Of a stretch of DNA of 64,000 nt, positions 27,516 to 35,630 are shown in pieces. Source of the stretch: Patescibacteria group bacterium (GTDB lineage Bacteria > Patescibacteriota > Patescibacteriia > Patescibacteriales > UBA12465). Positions within the stretch are counted from its first letter, which is position 1, and each line of letters starts with the position of its first letter. The DNA is taken from positions 6,945 to 70,944 of the forward strand of contig JBAZKQ010000001.1 of assembly GCA_041650715.1 (NCBI GenBank), written 5' to 3'. The position numbers and the translations under genes are program-made. The notes below the pieces were generated by a model. It did not search any database and had not been told where the DNA came from. It was given only the letters and a program-made list of their open reading frames with translations.

Positions 27516-28568
27516 ATGAAATTATTAGTTAAAGATTTTGATTATCATTTACCGCCGGAGCTTATTGCCCAGCAGCCGGCCAAACCGCGGGATCACTCGC
27601 GGCTTTTAGTGTTAAATAAAAAAACGGGAGAAATTGAACATCGGCATTTCTACGATATAGTTGAGTATTTTCAGACGGGCGATATTCTGGTTCTCAATAA
27701 TTCCAAAGTTTTTCCGGCACGCCTGATTGGTCATAAAAAAGAAAGCGGCGGCGCCGTAGAAATTTTCTTGCATCAAAATAAAACGAGCAATACTTGGCAA
27801 TGTCTGGTGCGGGGAAGAGTCAAGGAGGGCTTGCTGGTAGTTTTTAAAAATAAACTGGTCGCCGAGATATTGGAAAATAATAACGATGGCACCTGGCTTA
27901 TAAAGTTTAATTTAAAGGGATTAAGTTTTTGGCGGGCGATTAATAAAATCGGGGAAGTGCCCCTGCCTCCTTATATAAAGAGAAATAAGCAAAGAGCCAG
28001 CGATAAACATAATTATCAAACCGTTTTTGCGGATGCTAAAAAAGTCGGTTCGGCCGCCGCGCCAACAGCCGGACTTCATTTTACCGCGGCGATCATCAAG
28101 AAAATCAAAGCCCGGGGCGTAAAAGTAGTATATGTGACTCTTCATGTCGGTTTGGGGACTTTTGCTCCAATGAAGACAGAAAAGATTACGGAACACAAAA
28201 TGCACAGTGAATTGGTAGAAATTCCGGTCGCGACCATGAAAACGGTTCTAAAGGCCAAGAAAAACGGGCAGAGAGTAATTGCCGTGGGAACGACGAGTTG
28301 TCGCACGCTGGAATCAATCGATTGGCCGGCTATGAGGACGGCGGATAAATTACAGCCGCAAGCGTATTGGACGGATATTTTCATTTACCCCGGCTATAAA
28401 TTTCAAGTAGTTGATGCACTAATTACAAATTTTCATTTGCCGAAATCAACCCTCCTTATGCTTGTCAGTACCCTGGCCGGAGCAAAAAATATCAAGCGGG
28501 CCTATTCTGAGGCGATATTGCGGGATTACCGCTTCTTCAGCTATGGTGATGCGATGTTTATTAAGTAA
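27516..28568 (+). CDS. queA: S-adenosylmethionine:tRNA ribosyltransferase-isomerase
   Basis: FDYHLPPELIAQQPAKPRDHSRLLVL, GEVPLPPYI, YQTVFA, AAPTAGLHFT and GTTSCRTLES are present. The start is at the ATG at 27516. Confidence 0.92.
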   Translation: MKLLVKDFDYHLPPELIAQQPAKPRDHSRLLVLNKKTGEIEHRHFYDIVEYFQTGDILVLNNSKVFPARLIGHKKESGGAVEIFLHQNKTSNTWQCLVRGRVKEGLLVVFKNKLVAEILENNNDGTWLIKFNLKGLSFWRAINKIGEVPLPPYIKRNKQRASDKHNYQTVFADAKKVGSAAAPTAGLHFTAAIIKKIKARGVKVVYVTLHVGLGTFAPMKTEKITEHKMHSELVEIPVATMKTVLKAKKNGQRVIAVGTTSCRTLESIDWPAMRTADKLQPQAYWTDIFIYPGYKFQVVDALITNFHLPKSTLLMLVSTLAGAKNIKRAYSEAILRDYRFFSYGDAMFIK

Positions 28569-28673
28569 GGTTAGGTAAAAAAGCCAATTTGATTTTTTTT
28601 TGATTTTCTGTTATAGTGATAATTAAATATCGCGTCAAGAATTTATATTAAACTCTGAGAACATATCATATTT

Positions 28674-29243
28674 ATGAAGAAATTTATTCTTTTTGTTTGG
28701 GAAATAGTAAAGGTAGCCATGGTGTCGGCGCTAATCATAATCCCAATTCGTTATTTTTTAATTCAGCCCTTTTTTGTTAAAGGCGCCTCGATGGAGCCTA
28801 ATTTCCATGATAAGGAATATTTGATAATTGATGAAATTAGCTATCGTTTTGAAACGCCGCAGCGCGGCCAAGTTATCGTTTTCCGTTATCCGCGCGATCC
28901 GCAGGAATATTTTATTAAAAGAATCATCGGTTTGCCGGGCGAGGAGGTCCAGGTTAAAGATGGCCATGTCATTATTTATAATGTTGAGCATCCGGACGGC
29001 TTCACTCTGAGTGAAAAATATTTGCCCAGTGATTTTGCGACTTTTAATTCTGATGAAAGCAGAGTTAAAATTGGCGCAGACGAATATTATGTTTTGGGTG
29101 ATAATCGCGGAGCCTCTAAAGACTCGCGTTATTTCGGCGCCGTCAATAAAAGTTTTATTACCGGGAAAGTCTTGTTCCGTGGTTGGCCCATCAATGAAAT
29201 AACCGTATTTAATAAAGATTATTGGCCACAATATAATAATTAA
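28674..29243 (+). CDS. lepB: Signal peptidase I
   Basis: 189 aa. It has an N-terminal TM, the catalytic Ser box GASMEPN, the Lys box YFIKRIIGLPGE and GDNRGASKDSRYFG. Confidence 0.88.
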   Translation: MKKFILFVWEIVKVAMVSALIIIPIRYFLIQPFFVKGASMEPNFHDKEYLIIDEISYRFETPQRGQVIVFRYPRDPQEYFIKRIIGLPGEEVQVKDGHVIIYNVEHPDGFTLSEKYLPSDFATFNSDESRVKIGADEYYVLGDNRGASKDSRYFGAVNKSFITGKVLFRGWPINEITVFNKDYWPQYNN

Positions 29244-29267
29244 AGAAAGGGAAATAATAATTAAAGT

Positions 29268-30647
29268 ATGCCCAGAAGAAAAAAAATTCAGCCGGAAACA
29301 GCTGTGAAAAAAACTGAAAGAAAGAGCGAAAAAATAACGCCGCGTCTTTTAGGGATGAAAGATGTGGTGGGCTCGGAACAGATTTGCCATGATTATGTAA
29401 TTGCCAAAGCGCTGACTCTGGCGAAACTTTATAGTTTTGCCCCAATTAAAACTCCGATTGTGGAAAGTTTTGATCTCTATAAAAAATCGACCCGCCATAA
29501 TACTGATAAAGAGTTCTATTTCGTTGAAGCGGAGAAAAGCGAGAAAGTAGTTTTGCGCCCGGAGTTAACTCAAGGCGTGGTACGGGCATATCTGGAAAAT
29601 AATTTAGGTGAGAGCGGTCTGCCGGCGCGTTTATTTTCGCTGGGTTCAATTTTTCGCCATGAAAAACTGCAGTCGGGGCGTTATCGTGAATCAACTCAGT
29701 TTAACTTGGAAATAATTGGCGAAAAAAAAGCGATGGCCGAAGCAATTTTAATTACGATCGCTCATAATTTTTTTGAAGAATTACAAATCAGCGCGCAGGT
29801 GCAAATTAATAGTATCGGCTCCGCCGACTGCCGGCGCGAATATGCCAACAAACTCACTGCTTTCTATAAAGAAAGAGGGCGGCGCTCCAAGCTTTGTAAT
29901 AATTGTAAAAATAATCTCGGTAAAAATAGTTTGAGTCTGCTCGATTGTAAGGAGGAGGCGTGCGTGAAGCTGCGCGAAGAAGCGCCGCAAATCGCCAACT
30001 ACTTATCGGATGAAAGCCGGGAACATTTTACGCGAACCTTGGAAATTTTAGATGAACTAAATATTAATTATAATTTTAATCCCTATTTAGTGCGTGGCTT
30101 GAATTATTATAACGATACTGTTTTCGAATTTTGGCCGATTAATGAAGACGGTTCGGTTTTAGGAAAAATGGCTTTAGGCGGTGGCGGACGTTATGATGCG
30201 CTCGTCGAAAATATGGGCGGGCCATCGACTCCAGCCGTTGGTTTGGCGCTGGGGATTGAACGGGCCGTATCGCGCCTTAAAGATAAGCACCTCTTGTCAA
30301 ATCCCGTAGAAGAAGATATAGTATTTATTGCCCAGTTGGGTGACCAAGCCAAACTTCGCGCTTTGCAGCTTTTTCAGGACTTGCGCCGCGCCGGCTTTAA
30401 TGTTCGCCAATCCTTTGCTTCGGACAGTTTAAAAATACAGCTTGAGGAGGCTTTGGCGATGAAGGCAAAAACTTGTTTGATATTAGGTAAAAAAGAAATA
30501 ATGGATGGCACGATTTTAATGCGAGATATGGATTCGAGCGCGCAGGAAGTGGTTGTCTATAAAAAAATAAAGGAACGTTTAGCAAAAAAAGATAAATTAA
30601 TAGAAAAAAGATTAAATACTAGAAAGGAAGGAGGATTATATGGCTGA
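29268..30647 (+). CDS. hisS: Histidine--tRNA ligase
   Basis: 459 aa. It has GMKD, a motif 2 region (FRHEKLQSGRYRESTQFNLEIIG), GGGGRYD and a C-terminal anticodon-binding domain. There is a basic ~25-aa N-terminal extension. Confidence 0.9.
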   Translation: MPRRKKIQPETAVKKTERKSEKITPRLLGMKDVVGSEQICHDYVIAKALTLAKLYSFAPIKTPIVESFDLYKKSTRHNTDKEFYFVEAEKSEKVVLRPELTQGVVRAYLENNLGESGLPARLFSLGSIFRHEKLQSGRYRESTQFNLEIIGEKKAMAEAILITIAHNFFEELQISAQVQINSIGSADCRREYANKLTAFYKERGRRSKLCNNCKNNLGKNSLSLLDCKEEACVKLREEAPQIANYLSDESREHFTRTLEILDELNINYNFNPYLVRGLNYYNDTVFEFWPINEDGSVLGKMALGGGGRYDALVENMGGPSTPAVGLALGIERAVSRLKDKHLLSNPVEEDIVFIAQLGDQAKLRALQLFQDLRRAGFNVRQSFASDSLKIQLEEALAMKAKTCLILGKKEIMDGTILMRDMDSSAQEVVVYKKIKERLAKKDKLIEKRLNTRKEGGLYG

Positions 30648-30873
30648 TTTTAAAAGAAAACCCGGTGAAAGTTTCGAAAGTTTTTTACGAAAATTCAAAA
30701 AGGGTTTAAAAAACAGTAAGCGGCTCGAAAAGGCAAGATCGGTGCAGCATTTGGAACCGAAAAATACCAAGCGTCTGCAGAAAAAATATGCCCTAACCAG
30801 TTTAGCTCTCAGCAAAAAGAATGAGCATTTACGTCGCATCGGCAAGCTGCCGGAAAGCACAATGCGTCCCTAA
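30640..30873 (+). CDS. rpsU: 30S ribosomal protein S21
   Basis: 77 aa and very basic. GESFESFLRKFKKGLKNSKRLEKAR...KRLQKKYA matches the S21 pattern. A strong SD AAGGAAGGAGGA lies inside the hisS 3' end, with an 8-nt overlap. Confidence 0.8.
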   Translation: MADFKRKPGESFESFLRKFKKGLKNSKRLEKARSVQHLEPKNTKRLQKKYALTSLALSKKNEHLRRIGKLPESTMRP

Positions 30874-30893
30874 AAAATAAACAAATTTTTTAA

Positions 30894-30927
30894 TAAAAAA
30901 ACTCTCTTTAAAAGGAGAGTTTTTTTA
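30894..30927. terminator. Bidirectional intrinsic terminator (rpsU / relA convergent)
   Basis: Stem actctct (30901-30907) / ggagagt (30914-30920), with A7 upstream and T7 downstream. Confidence 0.65.
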
Positions 30928-30951
30928 TGTTATTAAAGTGAATCGAGTGAA

Positions 30952-32415
30952 TTATTTTATACCGGGAATAAAGCGCTTGATGGAAGCCAGGGCCGACTTG
31001 CGGCCGAATTGTTTTATTTGGTCGCGCGCCCGCCGCGTTTTAACGAATTTTAACCAATCCTTGTTCGGGCGAACCCGATTTTTTTCAATAATAATTTCTA
31101 CCAAATCGCCATTTCTTAATTCTTGATCGAGGCGGCCTAGCCGGTCGTTAATAATCACGCCGGAAGCTTTGTTGCCGATATTGCTGTGGACGGCGTAAGC
31201 GAAGTCGATGGGAGTAGATTTTTCCGGGAGTTCAAAGACATCGCCGCGCGGCGAAAAAACAAAAATGCGGTCGCGAAAAATATCCATCTTTATTTTTTTT
31301 ACCAATTCGCTTGTGTTGGTAATTTCTTTTTGAATATCAATTATTTCTTTAACCCAGGCTGGAGATTGGTAATTATTCCGCTCTTTTTTGGACTTATAAT
31401 ACCAGTGGGCAGAAAGACCATAAATAGATTCTTCATGCATTTCTTGAGTGCGGATTTGGAATTCGGCCGGCCGGCCGTCCGGACCAAAAATAGTAGTATG
31501 GAGGGAACGATAGCCATTGGGTTTGGGGACGGCAATATAATCCTTAAAGCGATTTGGTTTTGGTTTCCAGAGCGTATGGACAATGCCTAATATTTTATAA
31601 CAATCATCAATGCTGGAGACAATTATACGCAAGCCAAAAACGTCATAGATTTCGTCAAATTGCTTGTCTTTTTCCTGCATTTTACGATAAATACTGTATA
31701 GATGTTTAAAACGCGCCTCAATTTCATAAACGACCCCCGCTTCTTGTATTTTAGGGATTAAAGCATCTTTAATTTTTTGGAAAAATTGATTGCGTTCGAC
31801 TTTTTTTTCAACTTCATATTTATATTCGAGATCGTGGAATTGATCGGGATAAAGAAATTTAAAACAAATATCTTCCATCTGCCATTTTAGCCGGCCGATA
31901 CCGAGTAAACCGGCAATTGGCGCGTAAATCTCGAGCGTTTCTTGGGCAATGCGCTTTTGTTTTTCCGGGGGCAGATTTTCCAGGGTGCGAAGATTGTGGA
32001 GGCGGTCGCAAAATTTTATGAAAATGACTCGCAAATCATTAGTCATGGCCAAGAACATCTTTTTTAGGTTTTCCCGATAACGCTCAATGCCGCGATATTT
32101 GATTTTACCAAGCTTGGTAACGCCGTTAACAAGGCTGGCAATTTCCGCGCCAAACAGTTTTTTTATTTCCTCAAGACTGGAACTGGTATCTTCGGGGACA
32201 TCATGTAAAAGACCGGCGGCCACAGTCGCTAAATCTGCTTTTATTTCCGCGAGAATATAAGCGGTGTGCAGGGGGTGCTGGATATAGGCCTCGCCCGACT
32301 TGCGGAGCTGATCGCCGTGTGCGGCCACGGCGAATTTATAAGCTTTTTCCAAGATAGCCGTGTTCTCGCCGGGATGGTTTTCTTCAAATTTTTTTATTAT
32401 CCTTTCAATCGTCAT
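30952..32415 (-). CDS. RelA/SpoT-family (p)ppGpp synthetase/hydrolase, short form (HD + synthetase + TGS, no ACT)
   Basis: 487 aa. It has an HD domain (HGDQLRKSGEAYIQHPL...LLHDVPEDT), a synthetase domain (DYIAVPKPNGYRSLHTTI, EFQIRT) and a TGS domain (IFVFSPRGDVFELPEKSTPIDFAYAVH). Confidence 0.9.
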   Translation of the reverse strand: MTIERIIKKFEENHPGENTAILEKAYKFAVAAHGDQLRKSGEAYIQHPLHTAYILAEIKADLATVAAGLLHDVPEDTSSSLEEIKKLFGAEIASLVNGVTKLGKIKYRGIERYRENLKKMFLAMTNDLRVIFIKFCDRLHNLRTLENLPPEKQKRIAQETLEIYAPIAGLLGIGRLKWQMEDICFKFLYPDQFHDLEYKYEVEKKVERNQFFQKIKDALIPKIQEAGVVYEIEARFKHLYSIYRKMQEKDKQFDEIYDVFGLRIIVSSIDDCYKILGIVHTLWKPKPNRFKDYIAVPKPNGYRSLHTTIFGPDGRPAEFQIRTQEMHEESIYGLSAHWYYKSKKERNNYQSPAWVKEIIDIQKEITNTSELVKKIKMDIFRDRIFVFSPRGDVFELPEKSTPIDFAYAVHSNIGNKASGVIINDRLGRLDQELRNGDLVEIIIEKNRVRPNKDWLKFVKTRRARDQIKQFGRKSALASIKRFIPGIK

Positions 32416-32441
32416 AAATGGTTTTTCTTTTCTAAGCTTTA

Positions 32442-32450
32442 TGTTATAAT
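32442..32450 (+). promoter_or_regulatory. Extended -10 element upstream of the giant-protein cluster
   Basis: TGtTATAAT at 32442-32450, about 58 nt upstream of the ATG at 32509. No good -35 is visible. Confidence 0.4.
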
Positions 32451-32508
32451 AAAGTTATATAAATTATATCAAGAGAGCTGATAATTTAAAAGCTTTTTAT
32501 CCGAGAGA

Positions 32509-32868
32509 ATGAAGAAAAAAAGTAAATTATTTATTTTCATTTTAAGCATAATTGCGGTGGCAAGTATCGCTAATTTTGCGTTGGCGGCAGACTTCGGTTT
32601 TGCGCCAATTTCAAATTCACTTAGCTTGGCGACGGGTGATCCGCGGGAAATTATTGGGCGCATTATTCAGATCGCGCTCAGCTTCCTCGGGGTAATCGCT
32701 CTTATTTTAATTATGTATGCCGGTTTTCTCTGGATGACTTCGGCCGGCGATGAAGATAAAATAAGCCGCGCAAAGTCTACTCTACAAAGTGCGGTTATCG
32801 GACTCATTATTATCCTTTCCGCCTGGGCGATTACTACCTTTATTTTATCGCGGCTTTTTGGAGTTATC
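32509..32868 (+). other. VirB2/TrbC-like (conjugal 'T4SS pilin') N-terminal module of protein A
   Basis: The module is a signal peptide plus two TM helices flanking the loop motif Y-x-G-F-x-W-M-T-S-x-G-D-x-x-K-x-x-x-A-K. It matches my memory of the pilin-like conjugal transfer protein family common in CPR and Gram-positives. Confidence 0.6.
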
Positions 32869-35214
32869 GGCGGAACGGCGGTAGACGGCGGCAATAATAA
32901 CTCAAATTTTAGCAATCCGGGCATGGGGGCAATCGGCGCCTGTTCGGTGCAAAATTTTTATCCGGAAAACGGTCAAACCGATGTTGCTCGCAATAGCGCT
33001 ATTATTATTACGTTTAAAGAAGAATTTAAAATCGATAGCGTTTGCGCGAATGCCGCCGGGGTGACTTGCGCCTGTGATAACGCGGCCTGTAATTTGATTA
33101 ATCCGCAAGCGATCAGAATTTATAAAAATGACTTGGGCGATGCTTGTGCAAGCGGCTCTTGCCCTAACACGAATACCAATATTAGTGATGTGAGTGTTTC
33201 TGTTTCCGGAGACAGCAAAACTTTAGTTCTGACGCCCTTGTCTTATTTGGGCAGCCCGACCGCTCATGAATGGTATGCTGTAAAGATTACCGGAGATTTA
33301 AAAAAGAAGTCGGATGATTCCTCAATGTTTAAAACTTGCGGAGTCGATTATATAAATTGGAAGTTTGAAGTCGGTACGCAATTAGATTTAACCCCGCCGC
33401 AAGTTGTTTACGGCAGTATTTTCCCGCGCCCGGATAACGAGCAAGACGTCCAAAACCAAGCAGCCCCGGCAGTGCCGGCCAGCGGTTTTGTCACTATTAA
33501 TGAATGCCCAAACATATATAAAGCTTCGGCCATAGTAAGTGTTAATCCGATTGGGTCTGCGCCGGAGGCTGCGGCGACTGCTTTAAATTATCAGGGAAGC
33601 CTGACAAACTTTCGAGTCGTAATTTCGTCCGATTCACGTGACCGGGCACAATTATTTGATGCAAATAATATTAATAATTTATTGGGTTCAGCGGACTTTG
33701 ATGCTCAAGGGAGCGCCAAGTTTAATGGCTATTTTATTTTAACCGCCGCCGAGCGTGCTCCGGGTAATTCTTGGAATATTGTTATGGCTCCGGAACAATT
33801 AGCAGATACCTTAACGATTGGCGCGGAAACTTATACTTTTTCTGCGGCGGCTTCGGGAAATAATAATATTCACGTGGCTAATCTTCACTGTATCCCGGAA
33901 ACTGGTAATCAGATATACGCGGTTTTAAGCGGCGACCCGGCGGTCAATGTCGAACATGTCGGCAACACGGTTAATTTAACAGCCAAGGTAGCCGGAACCA
34001 GCGGTAATAAAATTATTGTTAGTACTACCAATAATACCGCCCTGCAAACTCAGACGCTTAAGGGAGGAGTCGATAAAAAAGATTTAGCGAAAGTCCTTGA
34101 TAAAAAAGACAACCCCATGAATACGGTTGTTCAGGTTAATTTTAGCGAACCGGTTAATCCTTTGAAAGTAGCGGGCTTAGCCTCCGAGGTAGCGAATTAT
34201 ATTAAAGTTGTTAATTATGACGCGGCCAGCTTGGCAAGCAGTTCACCCTGCACTAAAAATTCCGATTGCCGTTCTTATAAGTGCGAGGGCGCTGACGGTG
34301 CTCAAGTTTGCGTTGGTGATTATATCGGCGGAAAGTTTTTAGTTAGCAACGCCTATAAAACGGTTGAGTTTGTTTCGGATAACGAGTGCGGCGTTAATGG
34401 CTGCGGTGAAAAAATTTATTGCTTGCCGGCCAATAGTCATTTGGCGGTAGAATTAAAGTCCGCTGATTTGAAAACTTGCGCCAGTGATAGCGACTGTTTA
34501 GCTTATACGCCGTTTCGGACTTGTTCGTCGACGCCACTTGGTTATAAGACTTGCCAAAATATTGATACTAAAAATTATCCGGCAGCCGCGGGCACGCTCA
34601 ATGGTATTATTGATACGGCGGTAAATTCTTTTGATGGCGATCGTAATGTTTATGCTGACGGGCCGCTCGATTTTTATAATGATAATTTTCAGCCGGACCA
34701 AAATTTAAATAAAAAGGATAATTATCGCTGGTCCTTTTATGTTAACGATACAATCATGCTGACGCCACCGCAAATCGAATCCGTGACGCCGGCCCAAGGT
34801 GCGATGGGGGTAACTTTAGCCGATCCGATCAGAATCGCTTGGAATTCCTTAATGATGAATGGCAGCCTGACGACGGGCAGTGCTTTAGTGAGTAATGGCA
34901 CCAGCACAATAGAGCATAAATTAATAAATTTAAAGAGTTCGTCCCCGACCGCGAACGGATATTGGGTTGAAAATGATAATATCGACACTGAACCATTGGA
35001 CGGAGAACCGGATAAAACTATTTCTTGGATAAAACACACCCCTTTTTCTGAAGCAATGAGCTATCGTGCTCAAGCCGGATCGGGTATTAAAGATATATAT
35101 CAGAATTGCTATAAACCAAGCGCGGGCGTGAGTTGCCCGGTAACTGCTTTAAATCCTTCTTGCTGCTTCGGCGTGGCCACCAGTACTCTTGATGCCAGTG
35201 GCAATTGTCAGTAG
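32509..35214 (+). CDS. Giant surface protein A: VirB2/TrbC-like pilin hairpin fused to Ig-like (SbsA/Big_5-type) Cys-containing ectodomain
   Basis: 901 aa. A signal peptide MKKKSKLFIFILSIIAVASIANFALA is followed by ...LILIMYAGFLWMTSAGDEDKISRAKSTLQSAVIGLIIILSAWAITTFIL. The ectodomain carries SbsA-Ig-like signatures (YPENGQTDVARNSAIIITF, MNTVVQVNFSEPV, VTPAQGAMGVTLADPIRIAW). Confidence 0.8.
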   Translation: MKKKSKLFIFILSIIAVASIANFALAADFGFAPISNSLSLATGDPREIIGRIIQIALSFLGVIALILIMYAGFLWMTSAGDEDKISRAKSTLQSAVIGLIIILSAWAITTFILSRLFGVIGGTAVDGGNNNSNFSNPGMGAIGACSVQNFYPENGQTDVARNSAIIITFKEEFKIDSVCANAAGVTCACDNAACNLINPQAIRIYKNDLGDACASGSCPNTNTNISDVSVSVSGDSKTLVLTPLSYLGSPTAHEWYAVKITGDLKKKSDDSSMFKTCGVDYINWKFEVGTQLDLTPPQVVYGSIFPRPDNEQDVQNQAAPAVPASGFVTINECPNIYKASAIVSVNPIGSAPEAAATALNYQGSLTNFRVVISSDSRDRAQLFDANNINNLLGSADFDAQGSAKFNGYFILTAAERAPGNSWNIVMAPEQLADTLTIGAETYTFSAAASGNNNIHVANLHCIPETGNQIYAVLSGDPAVNVEHVGNTVNLTAKVAGTSGNKIIVSTTNNTALQTQTLKGGVDKKDLAKVLDKKDNPMNTVVQVNFSEPVNPLKVAGLASEVANYIKVVNYDAASLASSSPCTKNSDCRSYKCEGADGAQVCVGDYIGGKFLVSNAYKTVEFVSDNECGVNGCGEKIYCLPANSHLAVELKSADLKTCASDSDCLAYTPFRTCSSTPLGYKTCQNIDTKNYPAAAGTLNGIIDTAVNSFDGDRNVYADGPLDFYNDNFQPDQNLNKKDNYRWSFYVNDTIMLTPPQIESVTPAQGAMGVTLADPIRIAWNSLMMNGSLTTGSALVSNGTSTIEHKLINLKSSSPTANGYWVENDNIDTEPLDGEPDKTISWIKHTPFSEAMSYRAQAGSGIKDIYQNCYKPSAGVSCPVTALNPSCCFGVATSTLDASGNCQ

Positions 35215-35264
35215 AAATAAAACGAGCAAAATTTTTTTAAAAATAAGGTAACTTATAAAAATTT

Positions 35265-35630
35265 GTGAAATTGGTGTCTAAAAAAATCGCCAAAAAATTC
35301 TTAGTCCTGTCTTTGCTAATGGCGGGCCTTTTATTCGCGCGCTATATTTTAGCGGCGGATTTTGGGACCAATGCAGTCAGTAACGGCTTGGGCGGCTCTT
35401 TGGCGGCCGGCGATCCGCGCGAACTCATTGGGAGAATAATAAATATTGCGCTTGGCATTTTGGGGACCGTGGCTGTCGGACTGATTCTTTATAGCGGCTT
35501 TCTCTGGATGACCTCGGCGGGCGATGAAGATAAAATTAGCACAGCGAAGAATATTTTGAAAAATGGCATTATCGGGTTGCTAATCATTTTATCTTCTTGG
35601 GCGATTGCAACTTTTATTTTAAATCAATTA
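35265..35630 (+). other. VirB2/TrbC-like N-terminal module of protein B
   Basis: It has the same architecture and motif as in protein A. Nucleotide similarity is visible, for example ggctttctctggatgacctcggcgggcgatgaagataaaat versus ggttttctctggatgacttcggccggcgatgaagataaaat. Confidence 0.6.

Noticed and set aside
28758-29231. 157-aa minus-strand ORF, plus two alternative-frame plus-strand ORFs (28828..29010 and 29011..29202), covering almost all of lepB.
   Set aside because: The lepB frame carries all signal peptidase I motifs (GASMEPN, KRIIGLPGE, GDNRGASKDSRYFG). The antisense and alternative-frame products are low-complexity with no motifs, SD or promoter. Long antisense ORFs are a known by-product of codon bias.
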